64,000 nucleotides of DNA from Planctomycetota bacterium (GTDB lineage: Bacteria; Planctomycetota; UBA11346). The position numbers were made by a program, and so were the translations under genes. Where the stretch lies: assembly GCA_038231435.1 (NCBI GenBank), contig JBBRLJ010000003.1, positions 1 through 64,000 on the forward strand, written 5' to 3'. The notes under the pieces were generated by a model. It searched no databases and was not told the origin of the DNA. It saw only the letters and a program-made list of their open reading frames with translations. This document shows positions 1 to 8,201 of the stretch, piece by piece (within the stretch, counting starts at the first letter, position 1; every line of letters begins with the position of its first letter).

Positions 1-76
1 AGACATCGAGCCCCGACAAAGCCCGAGGGGTAGGCCCGTTAGGGCCGTAGGGGCGAAGCCCCTGACTGTAAACAGC
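1..76 (+). repeat. 3' part of structured element family 1, truncated by the window edge
   Basis: Identical to 169-244 (period 168 nt); contains GACAAAGCCCG and the GTAG-GGGC-GAA-GCCCC tail. Confidence 0.9.
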
Positions 77-78
77 CG

Positions 79-244
79 CCCATCGCTCCGCGATGGGGCG
101 GGCGCCGAGGGGCGGTCGGCGGATACAATCGGCGTAGCCGATCCGCCGACGATGTCGCAGCGCAGCGGAGACATCGAGCCCCGACAAAGCCCGAGGGGTA
201 GGCCCGTTAGGGCCGTAGGGGCGAAGCCCCTGACTGTAAACAGC
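79..244 (+). repeat. Structured element family 1, copy A (core 99-193)
   Basis: Aligns without gaps over the core to 19409-19503, with compensatory stem changes. Confidence 0.85.
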
Positions 245-1552
245 TCACTTGCCGATGCAAAAGCGGGAGAAGATCTCGTCGAGGATCTCGTCCGGGGTGG
301 TGGCGCCGATCAGCTCTCCGAGCAGGCCGGCGGTGGCGCGCAGATCCTCGGCGAGCAATTCGTCGTCAGGGAGCCCGGCCGGGTGTCCGAGCATGCCCTC
401 GAGCACGGCCAGGCATTCCGCGAGCAGGCGTTGCTGGCGGGGCTCTCCGCCCGACACGCCACCCAGGCGCGCAGAAAGCAGGCCGAGCAGCGCAGGGATG
501 CCCTCGCCGGTGACCGCGGACACCGCGAGCGTGGCGCGTGGATCGGGCAGGCCGAGATCGCTCTTGGTGGCGAGCACCAGCGTGCGCTCGGGCGGCATCG
601 GCCACTCCGCCGACGCAGACGCGGGCAATGGAGCGTCGGGCGCCGAGCAGGCGAGCACCAGCGAGGCGCTGCTCATCATTGCGACGGCGGTGGCGATTGC
701 CGCGCGATCCAGTCCGTCGCTCGCATCCATCCAGCCGGCGGTGTCGATCAGCCTGATCAGGCGGCCGTCCACCAGGAACGGTTCGTCGAGGGCGTCGCGG
801 GTGGTGCCGGGCACCGCGCTGATCAGGGCCGGAGCGCCGGTGAGCCGGGCGAAGAGCGCGGACTTCCCCGCGTTGGCGGGGCCGGCCAGGCATACCACCG
901 GGACGCCATCGGTCGCGATCACCGCCAGCCGCCAGCGCGACAACATGCCGGCGAGCGCCCTCAGTTCGGTGCGCATCGCTGCGGGGTCGAACGAGCGAAC
1001 GTCGTGCTCGTCCAAAAAATCCAATCCCGCTTCGACCTGCGCGCGCGCCTGCAGGAGCCGCGCGCGCACGCGCGAGATCTCGTTACCGAAACCGCCGCGC
1101 AGGCGCGCGAGTGCGAGCGCGGCGCCAGCCGCATCTGCCGCGCGCGTCACCGCCAACACCGCCTCGGCCTGATCGAGCGTGAGCCGCGCATTGGCCAATG
1201 CCTGGCGCGTGAACTCGCCCGGGGTCGCCGCCTCGGCGCCGGCGCGGCGCAGCGCGACGAGCGCCATCTCGACCAGGTCGCGGCTGCCCGGGATGGAGAT
1301 CTCGACGAGATCGTGGCCGGTGGCGCTGCGCGGACCCGGCGCGAGCAGCGTGCGGCACGGACAACGGCCGCCAGCGAAGGTCCACACGCGCGGCTCGCAC
1401 GACCACGGCGTTCCCGGCTCGAGACCAGCGGCGCGCGCGATGGCGACGGCGCGTGGTCCGCTCAGTCGCAGCAGCGCGACCGCTCCGCCAGTCGGGGTCG
1501 CGCAGGCGCAGATGGTGCGCTCGATCGCGGGAGCGGCAGCAGCGGAGGACAC
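245..1552 (-). CDS. mnmE: tRNA modification GTPase MnmE/TrmE
   Basis: ATPxG..A..RLSG N-terminus, PGEFTRQA, G1 GPANAGKS, PGTTRD, DTAG, C-terminal FSRFCIGK; follows yidC. Confidence 0.95.
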   Translation of the reverse strand: MSSAAAAPAIERTICACATPTGGAVALLRLSGPRAVAIARAAGLEPGTPWSCEPRVWTFAGGRCPCRTLLAPGPRSATGHDLVEISIPGSRDLVEMALVALRRAGAEAATPGEFTRQALANARLTLDQAEAVLAVTRAADAAGAALALARLRGGFGNEISRVRARLLQARAQVEAGLDFLDEHDVRSFDPAAMRTELRALAGMLSRWRLAVIATDGVPVVCLAGPANAGKSALFARLTGAPALISAVPGTTRDALDEPFLVDGRLIRLIDTAGWMDASDGLDRAAIATAVAMMSSASLVLACSAPDAPLPASASAEWPMPPERTLVLATKSDLGLPDPRATLAVSAVTGEGIPALLGLLSARLGGVSGGEPRQQRLLAECLAVLEGMLGHPAGLPDDELLAEDLRATAGLLGELIGATTPDEILDEIFSRFCIGK

Positions 1553-1564
1553 CGCCGCCGCCGG

Positions 1565-3373
1565 CTATTTCATGCCCAGCTTGCGCTTCACCATCTTGAT
1601 CTCGATGGTCGACAGCACCGCCTGGACGGTGAAGTAGAGGACCAGTCCCGCGGGCATGTTGTAGAAGATGACGCCGAAGATCACCGGCAGCCAGCGCATC
1701 ATCTTGAACATCTGCTCCTGCTGGGGATCGCCGCCACTCGGCGGCTTCTGCATCATGCTCATCCACACCGTCACGCCGATGTAGATCAGCGGCAGCGGAT
1801 TGATGGTGGCGAGCGCGCCGAAGAACGGCCAATGGAAGCCGAGGTACCAGACCTGGTCGGGCAGGGTGAGATCGCGCACCCACAAGAATGATTGTCCACG
1901 CAGATCGGCGAGATGGCTGAACATCTGGTAGAGGCCCATGAAGATCGGGATCTGGATAAAGATCGGCAGGCAGCCGCCGAGCGGATTGACGCCGTGCTTC
2001 TTCCACAACTCCATCTGCTTCATCGCCAGCTTCTGCTTGTCGGCCTTGTACTGCTCTTGCAGGTACTTCAGCTCGGGCTGCAGCTTCTGCATCTTCATCG
2101 TGCTCTCGTACTGCTTGTACGTGAAGCGATGCATGAGCGCCTTGACCAGGAAGGTCAAAAGGATGACGGCGACGCCATAGTAGTGCACCACGTGCGCAAT
2201 CAGATTCAGCATCCAAGCCATCAGCTTGGCCAGGCTCTTGAAGAACGAGTAGTAGGCGTCGGTGAACTCGAGGCGCTTCTCGGCGTCGTCGAGCTTGGCG
2301 AGCTCGGCATGGGTCATCGCGGTGACGCCCAGGGCCCACGAGACATCAAGCTCCGCGCCACTCTTCAGCGTGAACGGATCGAGATTCGCCGACGCGCCGT
2401 AGATGACGTCGATTTCGGCTTGGCTGTAGATGCCGGCGGGCGTCTCGTTGAGGAAGCCCCGATAGCTGGTCTCCTGGAACGAATCCGCCGGCACCTGCGC
2501 ATCGGCCTCGCGCAGGATCACGCCTTCGGGCGTGTACCACGACGCGAAGAACCGGCTCTTCAGGCCGAAATAATCCGGGTGGATGCCCTTGGGAAACTTC
2601 TCGACGATCCCGTCGCGTGGGAAGCCGAAGTGGTCGAGCGATCCGGTGGCCCCGCCTGAATGCACGACCGCCTTCTGGTAGCCGGCCTCGACGATCGGAT
2701 CGTCCTGGTGGATGCCGTCGATCGGGCGCAAGCGCGGCGTCACGGCCGCGGGCTTCTCGCCGAGGTTGCGCACCTTGAGCACGACGTGGACCTGCGGCTT
2801 CTTGGCGTCCATGCGGTAGGACATCGAGTAGCCCAGACCGAGCTCGGGCTTGCTGAAGGTCATGGTGCACGCGTCGGGAGCCTGCTCAGTGATCTGCCAG
2901 GCGCCCTCGGTCGCGGGCTCGGCCGCGAGACCCATGCCCTCGACCAGGTTGTGCATGTCGTATTCGGGGCGGAACCGGTCGAGCACCGCGAGCGGCTCCT
3001 TGCTGTCGATCTTCTCGCCCTCGGTCCGCCACTTGGGCAGCTGCACGGGATGCTCGCTGAGCAGGCGCATGCGCGCCACCGAGGCGCGATAGGTCGAGAG
3101 CTCGACGGTCGCGCTGGCATTGCCGATGGTGACGTGTGGCCACAGCGTGGTTCCCGAGCGTGCGCCCACGGGCTTGTCGAGTTCGGCGGACGGCGCGGAC
3201 GGTGCCTCGGATGCGGGCACGGGTGGGACGGCTTCGGGCTTGGCGGCTGGCTCCGCCACCGCGTCGGCGGCGCGCGCGACCGGGGTCAGCAGCGCGGCCA
3301 GCAACACTGGCAGCACGACCGCTGACAACAGCGACGACGACATCGACGACATCAGCGAGATCACGGAACGCAT
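1565..3373 (-). CDS. yidC: Membrane protein insertase YidC
   Basis: YGVAVILLT, KMQKLQPEL, HGVNPLGGCLPIFIQIPIF, FLWVRDLT, PAGLVLY; start set at ATG 3373. Confidence 0.95.
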   Translation of the reverse strand: MRSVISLMSSMSSSLLSAVVLPVLLAALLTPVARAADAVAEPAAKPEAVPPVPASEAPSAPSAELDKPVGARSGTTLWPHVTIGNASATVELSTYRASVARMRLLSEHPVQLPKWRTEGEKIDSKEPLAVLDRFRPEYDMHNLVEGMGLAAEPATEGAWQITEQAPDACTMTFSKPELGLGYSMSYRMDAKKPQVHVVLKVRNLGEKPAAVTPRLRPIDGIHQDDPIVEAGYQKAVVHSGGATGSLDHFGFPRDGIVEKFPKGIHPDYFGLKSRFFASWYTPEGVILREADAQVPADSFQETSYRGFLNETPAGIYSQAEIDVIYGASANLDPFTLKSGAELDVSWALGVTAMTHAELAKLDDAEKRLEFTDAYYSFFKSLAKLMAWMLNLIAHVVHYYGVAVILLTFLVKALMHRFTYKQYESTMKMQKLQPELKYLQEQYKADKQKLAMKQMELWKKHGVNPLGGCLPIFIQIPIFMGLYQMFSHLADLRGQSFLWVRDLTLPDQVWYLGFHWPFFGALATINPLPLIYIGVTVWMSMMQKPPSGGDPQQEQMFKMMRWLPVIFGVIFYNMPAGLVLYFTVQAVLSTIEIKMVKRKLGMK

Positions 3374-3496
3374 GCGTGCTACCCTTCGCTCGACACGGGC
3401 TTCACCGCGCGAGGCGGAAGCATCTCGCGGCTGCGGTGGAGACAACGGTTTTCGCCACACGGTTGAGGCCCCGGCCGGGCCGGCGACCGGCCCGGA

Positions 3497-3754
3497 TCAC
3501 TCCGCCGGCAGCTTCGCCAGGCGCGCGGTGAGGTCGGCCAGCATGGCGTCGAGGTACTGGTCCTCTTCCGGCGTGCGGTTGCCCGCGGACTTCTCCTTGA
3601 GCACCTGGAGCAGCTGCACGGTGTAGCGCGCGAATGGCGGATTCACCGTGCGTTCCCCGCTGAGCGGATTGGGGATCTCGCCGAACTGCATCAGCGCCTG
3701 GCTGGCGAGCCCGGAGAGGAAGTTGAGGAAGTTCGCAGCAGGGACGTCAGCCAT
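3497..3754 (-). CDS. DUF1844 family small protein
   Basis: F..FLSGLASQALMQFGEIPNP...ARYTVQLLQVLKEKSAGNRTPEE pattern typical of DUF1844. Confidence 0.8.
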   Translation of the reverse strand: MADVPAANFLNFLSGLASQALMQFGEIPNPLSGERTVNPPFARYTVQLLQVLKEKSAGNRTPEEDQYLDAMLADLTARLAKLPAE

Positions 3755-3886
3755 CGCCGCATGATCTCGCTGCAGGCGCGGGCACAAGCCACCGCCCCGG
3801 CCCTGGCGCCTGGTGACAAGCGAGAGGCGTTGGGCCCCCGACCGTTCGCCCTGGAGCAGCTCCGGCATGCGTGCTACGCTCGAGCG

Positions 3887-5539
3887 ATGTCCCTAGGCGC
3901 GGTGTATTGGCAGATGTGGCGGTCGGGGGCGAACACCGTCCGCCACTTCGTGGTCGAGCAGAAGCTGCGCGGCGCGGCGATGGTGTTCGTGGTGGGAGTG
4001 GTGTGGGCGCTGCTGTCGGCGCTGTTCCTCGGCCTGCTGTGGTTCCTCGGCCAGGACGAATACCTGGCGCTCAAGGCGCGCCTGCTCGAGAGCCTGCTGG
4101 CGCTGTTCTTCTTCACGCTGTTCTTCCTGGTGACGATCTCGGATGCGGTGCTGGTGTGGTCGGCGCTGTTCCGCACGCGGGCGGGCGCGTTCCAGGCGGC
4201 GCTGCCGCTGAGCGACGTCCAGCTCTACTGGGCGGCATCGGTCGAGGGCGGCTTCTGGGCAGGATGGGCGGTGATGGTGCTGGTCGCGCCGTTGGTGGGC
4301 TCGCTGGCCACTGAGGCCGCCTCGCCACTGCTGTTCGTGCCAGCCGCCGCTGCGGTGATGGCCGCGCTGATCGCCTGCTGCATGGCCGCCGGGGCGCTCG
4401 GCGCGATGGTGCTGGCGCGCGTCGTGCCGATCATTGAACGTCGGCTACGCTGGATCCTGGTGACGTTGGCGCTGATCGCGATCGCGGCGGGCTGGCGGAT
4501 CGCGCACGGTTATGCCCACGCCCAGCCGACCCAAGTGCTGGGCGACGTCATCGGGCGGCTGCGCTTCGCCGAGAGCCCATGGCTGCCGCCGGCGTGGGGC
4601 CAGCATGCGCTGATCGCGGCGAAAGCATCACGCTGGGGCGAGTGGCTGCACGACATCGCGCTGCTGGCGTCGACGGCAGGCGCGTTGGCGATCGCCGGCG
4701 AGACGGTGGCGCGCCGCCGGCTGCGCTGGGATCTCGACGCGCTCGCTGGGCGCGCGCGCGTGCGCGGCAGGCGCGCGAGCAGGCCATGGCGGCTGCTGCC
4801 CCTGTTGCCGCGCGATCTCGCCCTGCTCGCGGCGAAGGACCTGCGCCTGTTCATCCGCGATCCGACGCAGGTGATGCAGTTCGCGATGTTCTTCGGGCTG
4901 CTCGGATTCTACATGCTGATGCTGCCCAGGCTCGGTACCGCGTTCCAGGAGCACGAATGGTGGCGACCGGTGGTGTCCATCTTGAACCTGACTGCGGTGG
5001 CGATGGCGCTCGCCACCTTCACCGGGCGTTTCGTCTACCCGCTGCTGAGTCTCGAGGGCCGGCGGCTGTGGGTGCTCGCACTCGCCCCCTGGCCACGCAG
5101 CCGGGTCGTCACCGCCAAGCTGGTGTTCGCCCTGATGGTGGCGCTGCCGGTGAGCGTCGGACTGGTGGTGTTGTCAGGAACGCTGCTGCATCTCCCTCCG
5201 CTGGTGGTCGCCTACCAGACCTTGGTGATCGTCGGCCTGGCCGTGGGCCTGGCCGCCGGCGCGCTCGGACTCGGCGCACGCCTGGCGGATTATTCCCAAG
5301 ACAACCCCGCCAAGCTCGTCGCCGGCTACGGCGGCACCGTGAACCTGCTGGCGAGCCTGGTGTTTTCAGGTCTGCTGATCTCCGGAGCCGCCCTGCCCCT
5401 CATCCTGCGCGCCGGCCCCGCCATCTGGGCCCTGGGCGTCGCCTGGACCCTCGCCATTTCCACCCTCTGGACCTGGGCCGCCCTCCGCCTCGCCTGGCGC
5501 TGGTTCGGCGCCCTCGACCGCAACCCCACCCTGCGCTAG
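3887..5539 (+). CDS. Putative ABC-exporter-type multi-pass permease
   Basis: Many TM segments; KDLRLFIRDP, SLEGRRLW and LAP..R...AK motifs. Confidence 0.7.
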   Translation: MSLGAVYWQMWRSGANTVRHFVVEQKLRGAAMVFVVGVVWALLSALFLGLLWFLGQDEYLALKARLLESLLALFFFTLFFLVTISDAVLVWSALFRTRAGAFQAALPLSDVQLYWAASVEGGFWAGWAVMVLVAPLVGSLATEAASPLLFVPAAAAVMAALIACCMAAGALGAMVLARVVPIIERRLRWILVTLALIAIAAGWRIAHGYAHAQPTQVLGDVIGRLRFAESPWLPPAWGQHALIAAKASRWGEWLHDIALLASTAGALAIAGETVARRRLRWDLDALAGRARVRGRRASRPWRLLPLLPRDLALLAAKDLRLFIRDPTQVMQFAMFFGLLGFYMLMLPRLGTAFQEHEWWRPVVSILNLTAVAMALATFTGRFVYPLLSLEGRRLWVLALAPWPRSRVVTAKLVFALMVALPVSVGLVVLSGTLLHLPPLVVAYQTLVIVGLAVGLAAGALGLGARLADYSQDNPAKLVAGYGGTVNLLASLVFSGLLISGAALPLILRAGPAIWALGVAWTLAISTLWTWAALRLAWRWFGALDRNPTLR

Positions 5540-5613
5540 CCAAAATCCCGCAACGGGATGTTGGTAGCGGACAGCGCCCCGAGCCTTGTCTCCACCCCAC
5601 CCTTCTCCCCGGC

Positions 5614-5662
5614 TCCCGGGGGGCAGCGCGGAGCGCGATGTTGGGGGGCCGTAGCCCCCCAA
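5614..5662 (+). repeat. REP-like element family 2
   Basis: TCCCGGGGGGCAGCGCGGAGCGCGATGTTGGGGGGCCGTAGCCCCCCAA; one mismatch to 8096-8144. Confidence 0.85.
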
Positions 5663-5704
5663 CTGACAGCTTCCTCGTGCGCCCTCCCTGCGTACGACCA
5701 GGAC

Positions 5705-8011
5705 ATGGAGCATCCGTCCTTCCGCTGGGCCATGGTCCCGATGGCGTTGGCGATGGCATCGGCGTTGATGATGGCGGTGTCGACGACGCCGACCGCCCAG
5801 GCCGCAGACGCCGTCCTCCAGGTGGACTCCGAGCTGCTGCGCATGAGCGACGCCCAGCGCCAGAAGGCGGTCGCGGACATGTCCGTGCCCACGCGCGTGA
5901 AGATCGCCGGCGGCAAGATGCGGCTGGCGGACGCCATCACGCAGCTGTCGGCGGATGGCAATACCACGACCCTCGACAGCGAGGTCGATCCGACCCGCGA
6001 GGCCGAGCTGCCGCCGCTCACCGGGACCTACTGGGAAGCGGTGGTGGCGATCTGCGACGCCTACGAGCTGGTGCCCAAGCCCGGGGTCCCGCGCGGCGGC
6101 CAGCCAGCGCACGACGAGCGCGGGTTGGCCCTGCAGACCGGCACGCTGGAACTGCGCCAGCGCGATCCCGCGAATCCGGTGATCCTCGCCGCCGACGGCC
6201 CGCTCCTCGGCGAGGTCGAGGAATGCGAGATCAAGCACACCATCGGCGCGAAGAAGGAGACCGCGGCTGAGATCGTGATGTCGCTGCGATTAGAACCCCG
6301 CTTCGTCGCCGACCGGGTCGGCGACACCGGCATCAAGCAGCTGCGCATCGAGGATGCCCAGGGACGCAGCCTGGCGGTCGAGCCGGAGGCCCAGAACGAC
6401 GGCAGCGACGTACCCGAGCTCTTGCGCGTGCGTGCACGCGTGGGCGACGACGCGGGCACCATCATGGTCCTGGGCGAGGCGCGCGTCTCGCTGGTGGAGC
6501 CCTGGCGCCTATCGGCGCCACTGCGACCGGGCTCGAGCGTCGCCATCTCGTGCGCCGGCAAGAATCTCACCCTCCATCTGGTCGATGCGGAGCACCAGGG
6601 TCTCAGCGGCGGCCAGGGACCGATGCTTGAGCTGTTCTTCCCGCGCGACGCCCTGTGGGCCGATCCGCGCATCCGCCTGAGCACTGCCGGCAAGACCCTG
6701 GCGCACCGCGGCAGCGGCGGCAGCCAAACCGGCGCGGGACGCGTCGTCTACAACACCTACCCGGCGCTCGAGGACGCCGCCTACGACGCCACGGTGTCGG
6801 GTTCGGCGCGCCTGTCCGCGGCCCCGCTGCGGCTCGAGGTCAAGCTGCCAATCGATCTGGCAAAGCTCGGCGCGAAGATCGCGGCCAGCGCTTCCGAGAT
6901 CGATCTGTTCAAGCCGTCGCACGTATCCTGGCCCGCGGGGAAGACCTCGCTGAAGGATGCGCTCGCCCGGCTCGAGGTCTCTGGAAACCAGGTGCTGCTG
7001 CAGCTCGGCGCCGACGAGCGCGCGACGCGTGAACTCCCCGCTTTCGACGGCACCTTCTGGCAAGGCGTGCTCGCCGTATGCGCGGCCTTCGACATGGCGA
7101 TCATGCCGCCGACGGCTCCGCCGGTCGGTGCCCAGGCAGACGGAACGGATTCACCCGCCTGCCTGGCCGCCGGGCCGCTCAGCCTCGGAGTCCGCCGCAT
7201 GCCTGCCGGCGCGGCTGGCACCACCGCGACGACCGCAACGCACCAGGCGTGCGGCGCGCTCCTCGTCGAGATCGGCAATGTCAACACCACGGTATCGCGC
7301 AGCCTGCTCGGCGGTGCGCACCAGGCCGAGGTGGTCTGCCATCTCCGCCTCGAGCCGAAGGCCGAGGCGGAACTGGTCGGATCGTGCTCGGTGTCCGCGA
7401 ATTCCTTCGGCCAGGACGATCACGGACGCGTCGTGACCATCGCCGATTCCGCTCCGACCGCAGCCAAGAATCCGGAGCAGGATCGCCGCATGCGCGGGCG
7501 CGTGCTCGGGCAATTGCGCGCGCGCGGCGGCGGCAGCGGCGGCGAGGGCGACGATGCGAGCCCACGCTACGATCTGGTGTTCACCGCGGCCAATCTCGAA
7601 CAGGACGCCACCTCGCTGATCGTCACCGGACAGGTACGGATCGAGGTCCAGCGCCAGGTGCGCGCCGAAGCGACGCTGTCCCCCGGCGTGACCTGCAACA
7701 TCCCCTTCGGCGACGGCACGCTCGCAGCCACGCTCTACGACACCGCTGCGGCCGAGGCCTCGGGACTGCGCCAGCCGGCGCTGGGCCTGTCCGGACAGGG
7801 TAATCTCGAGGAACGCAGCATGAGCCTGATCCCGCCATCGGGGACTCCGCTCACCACCAACGGCCACGGCAGCTGGTCGCACCACGGCCGCCAGGAGATG
7901 CTGTACCTGTATCCGATCACCGAGGAGGGCCCGTACCGGCTGGTGATCAACGACCTCGTCCATCTCGCCGACGTGCGCGTCCCGTTCTCAGCCACCATCC
8001 CGCTGCCTTAA
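5705..8011 (+). CDS. Exported hypothetical protein with an internal tandem duplication
   Basis: Long ORF with GC-rich third positions, signal-peptide-like N-terminus and two similar halves. Confidence 0.75.
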   Translation: MEHPSFRWAMVPMALAMASALMMAVSTTPTAQAADAVLQVDSELLRMSDAQRQKAVADMSVPTRVKIAGGKMRLADAITQLSADGNTTTLDSEVDPTREAELPPLTGTYWEAVVAICDAYELVPKPGVPRGGQPAHDERGLALQTGTLELRQRDPANPVILAADGPLLGEVEECEIKHTIGAKKETAAEIVMSLRLEPRFVADRVGDTGIKQLRIEDAQGRSLAVEPEAQNDGSDVPELLRVRARVGDDAGTIMVLGEARVSLVEPWRLSAPLRPGSSVAISCAGKNLTLHLVDAEHQGLSGGQGPMLELFFPRDALWADPRIRLSTAGKTLAHRGSGGSQTGAGRVVYNTYPALEDAAYDATVSGSARLSAAPLRLEVKLPIDLAKLGAKIAASASEIDLFKPSHVSWPAGKTSLKDALARLEVSGNQVLLQLGADERATRELPAFDGTFWQGVLAVCAAFDMAIMPPTAPPVGAQADGTDSPACLAAGPLSLGVRRMPAGAAGTTATTATHQACGALLVEIGNVNTTVSRSLLGGAHQAEVVCHLRLEPKAEAELVGSCSVSANSFGQDDHGRVVTIADSAPTAAKNPEQDRRMRGRVLGQLRARGGGSGGEGDDASPRYDLVFTAANLEQDATSLIVTGQVRIEVQRQVRAEATLSPGVTCNIPFGDGTLAATLYDTAAAEASGLRQPALGLSGQGNLEERSMSLIPPSGTPLTTNGHGSWSHHGRQEMLYLYPITEEGPYRLVINDLVHLADVRVPFSATIPLP

Positions 8012-8012
8012 G

Positions 8013-8144
8013 ATGGGGGCTACGGCCCCCATCATCGCGCTCCGAAATTCAGAGCAGCGCGCAGCGCCAGGTCCCACACCTCCCAGACCGTTTCTTCCCG
8101 GGGGGCAGCGCGGAGCGCGATATTGGGGGGCCGTAGCCCCCCAA
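8013..8144. repeat. Inverted pair of family 2 elements (partial minus copy 8013-8044, plus copy 8096-8144)
   Basis: The reverse complement of 8013-8044 closely matches the 3' part of 8096-8144. Confidence 0.8.
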
Positions 8145-8201
8145 TTGAAAGGCCCTGGACGGCACTGGTGGCATGCCAAGACTCGCGCGACGAGAGAGAC
8201 C

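Noticed and set aside
99..193. Family 1 core as a hammerhead or hairpin ribozyme, c-di-GMP riboswitch or tRNA
   Set aside because: By eye there is no CUGANGA/GAAA core, no hairpin-ribozyme loop B, no GEMM architecture and no tRNA arms. An Rfam scan is still needed.
152..1891. Long antisense or alternate-frame ORFs (for example 152-1891 +, 10292-12643 -, 44491-46500 -, 57247-59145 -)
   Set aside because: Shadow ORFs expected in high-GC DNA opposite well-supported genes; they carry no recognisable motifs.
5380..5539. C-rich compositional shift at the end of the permease gene as foreign DNA
   Set aside because: The frame is continuous and encodes plausible TM helices, with no junction or mobility signal.
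8013..8201. N-terminal extensions of cysS and of ORF 5558 that share the peptide PGGQRGAR.WGAVAPQL
   Set aside because: The shared peptide is only the family 2 repeat read in frame; the real starts are downstream.
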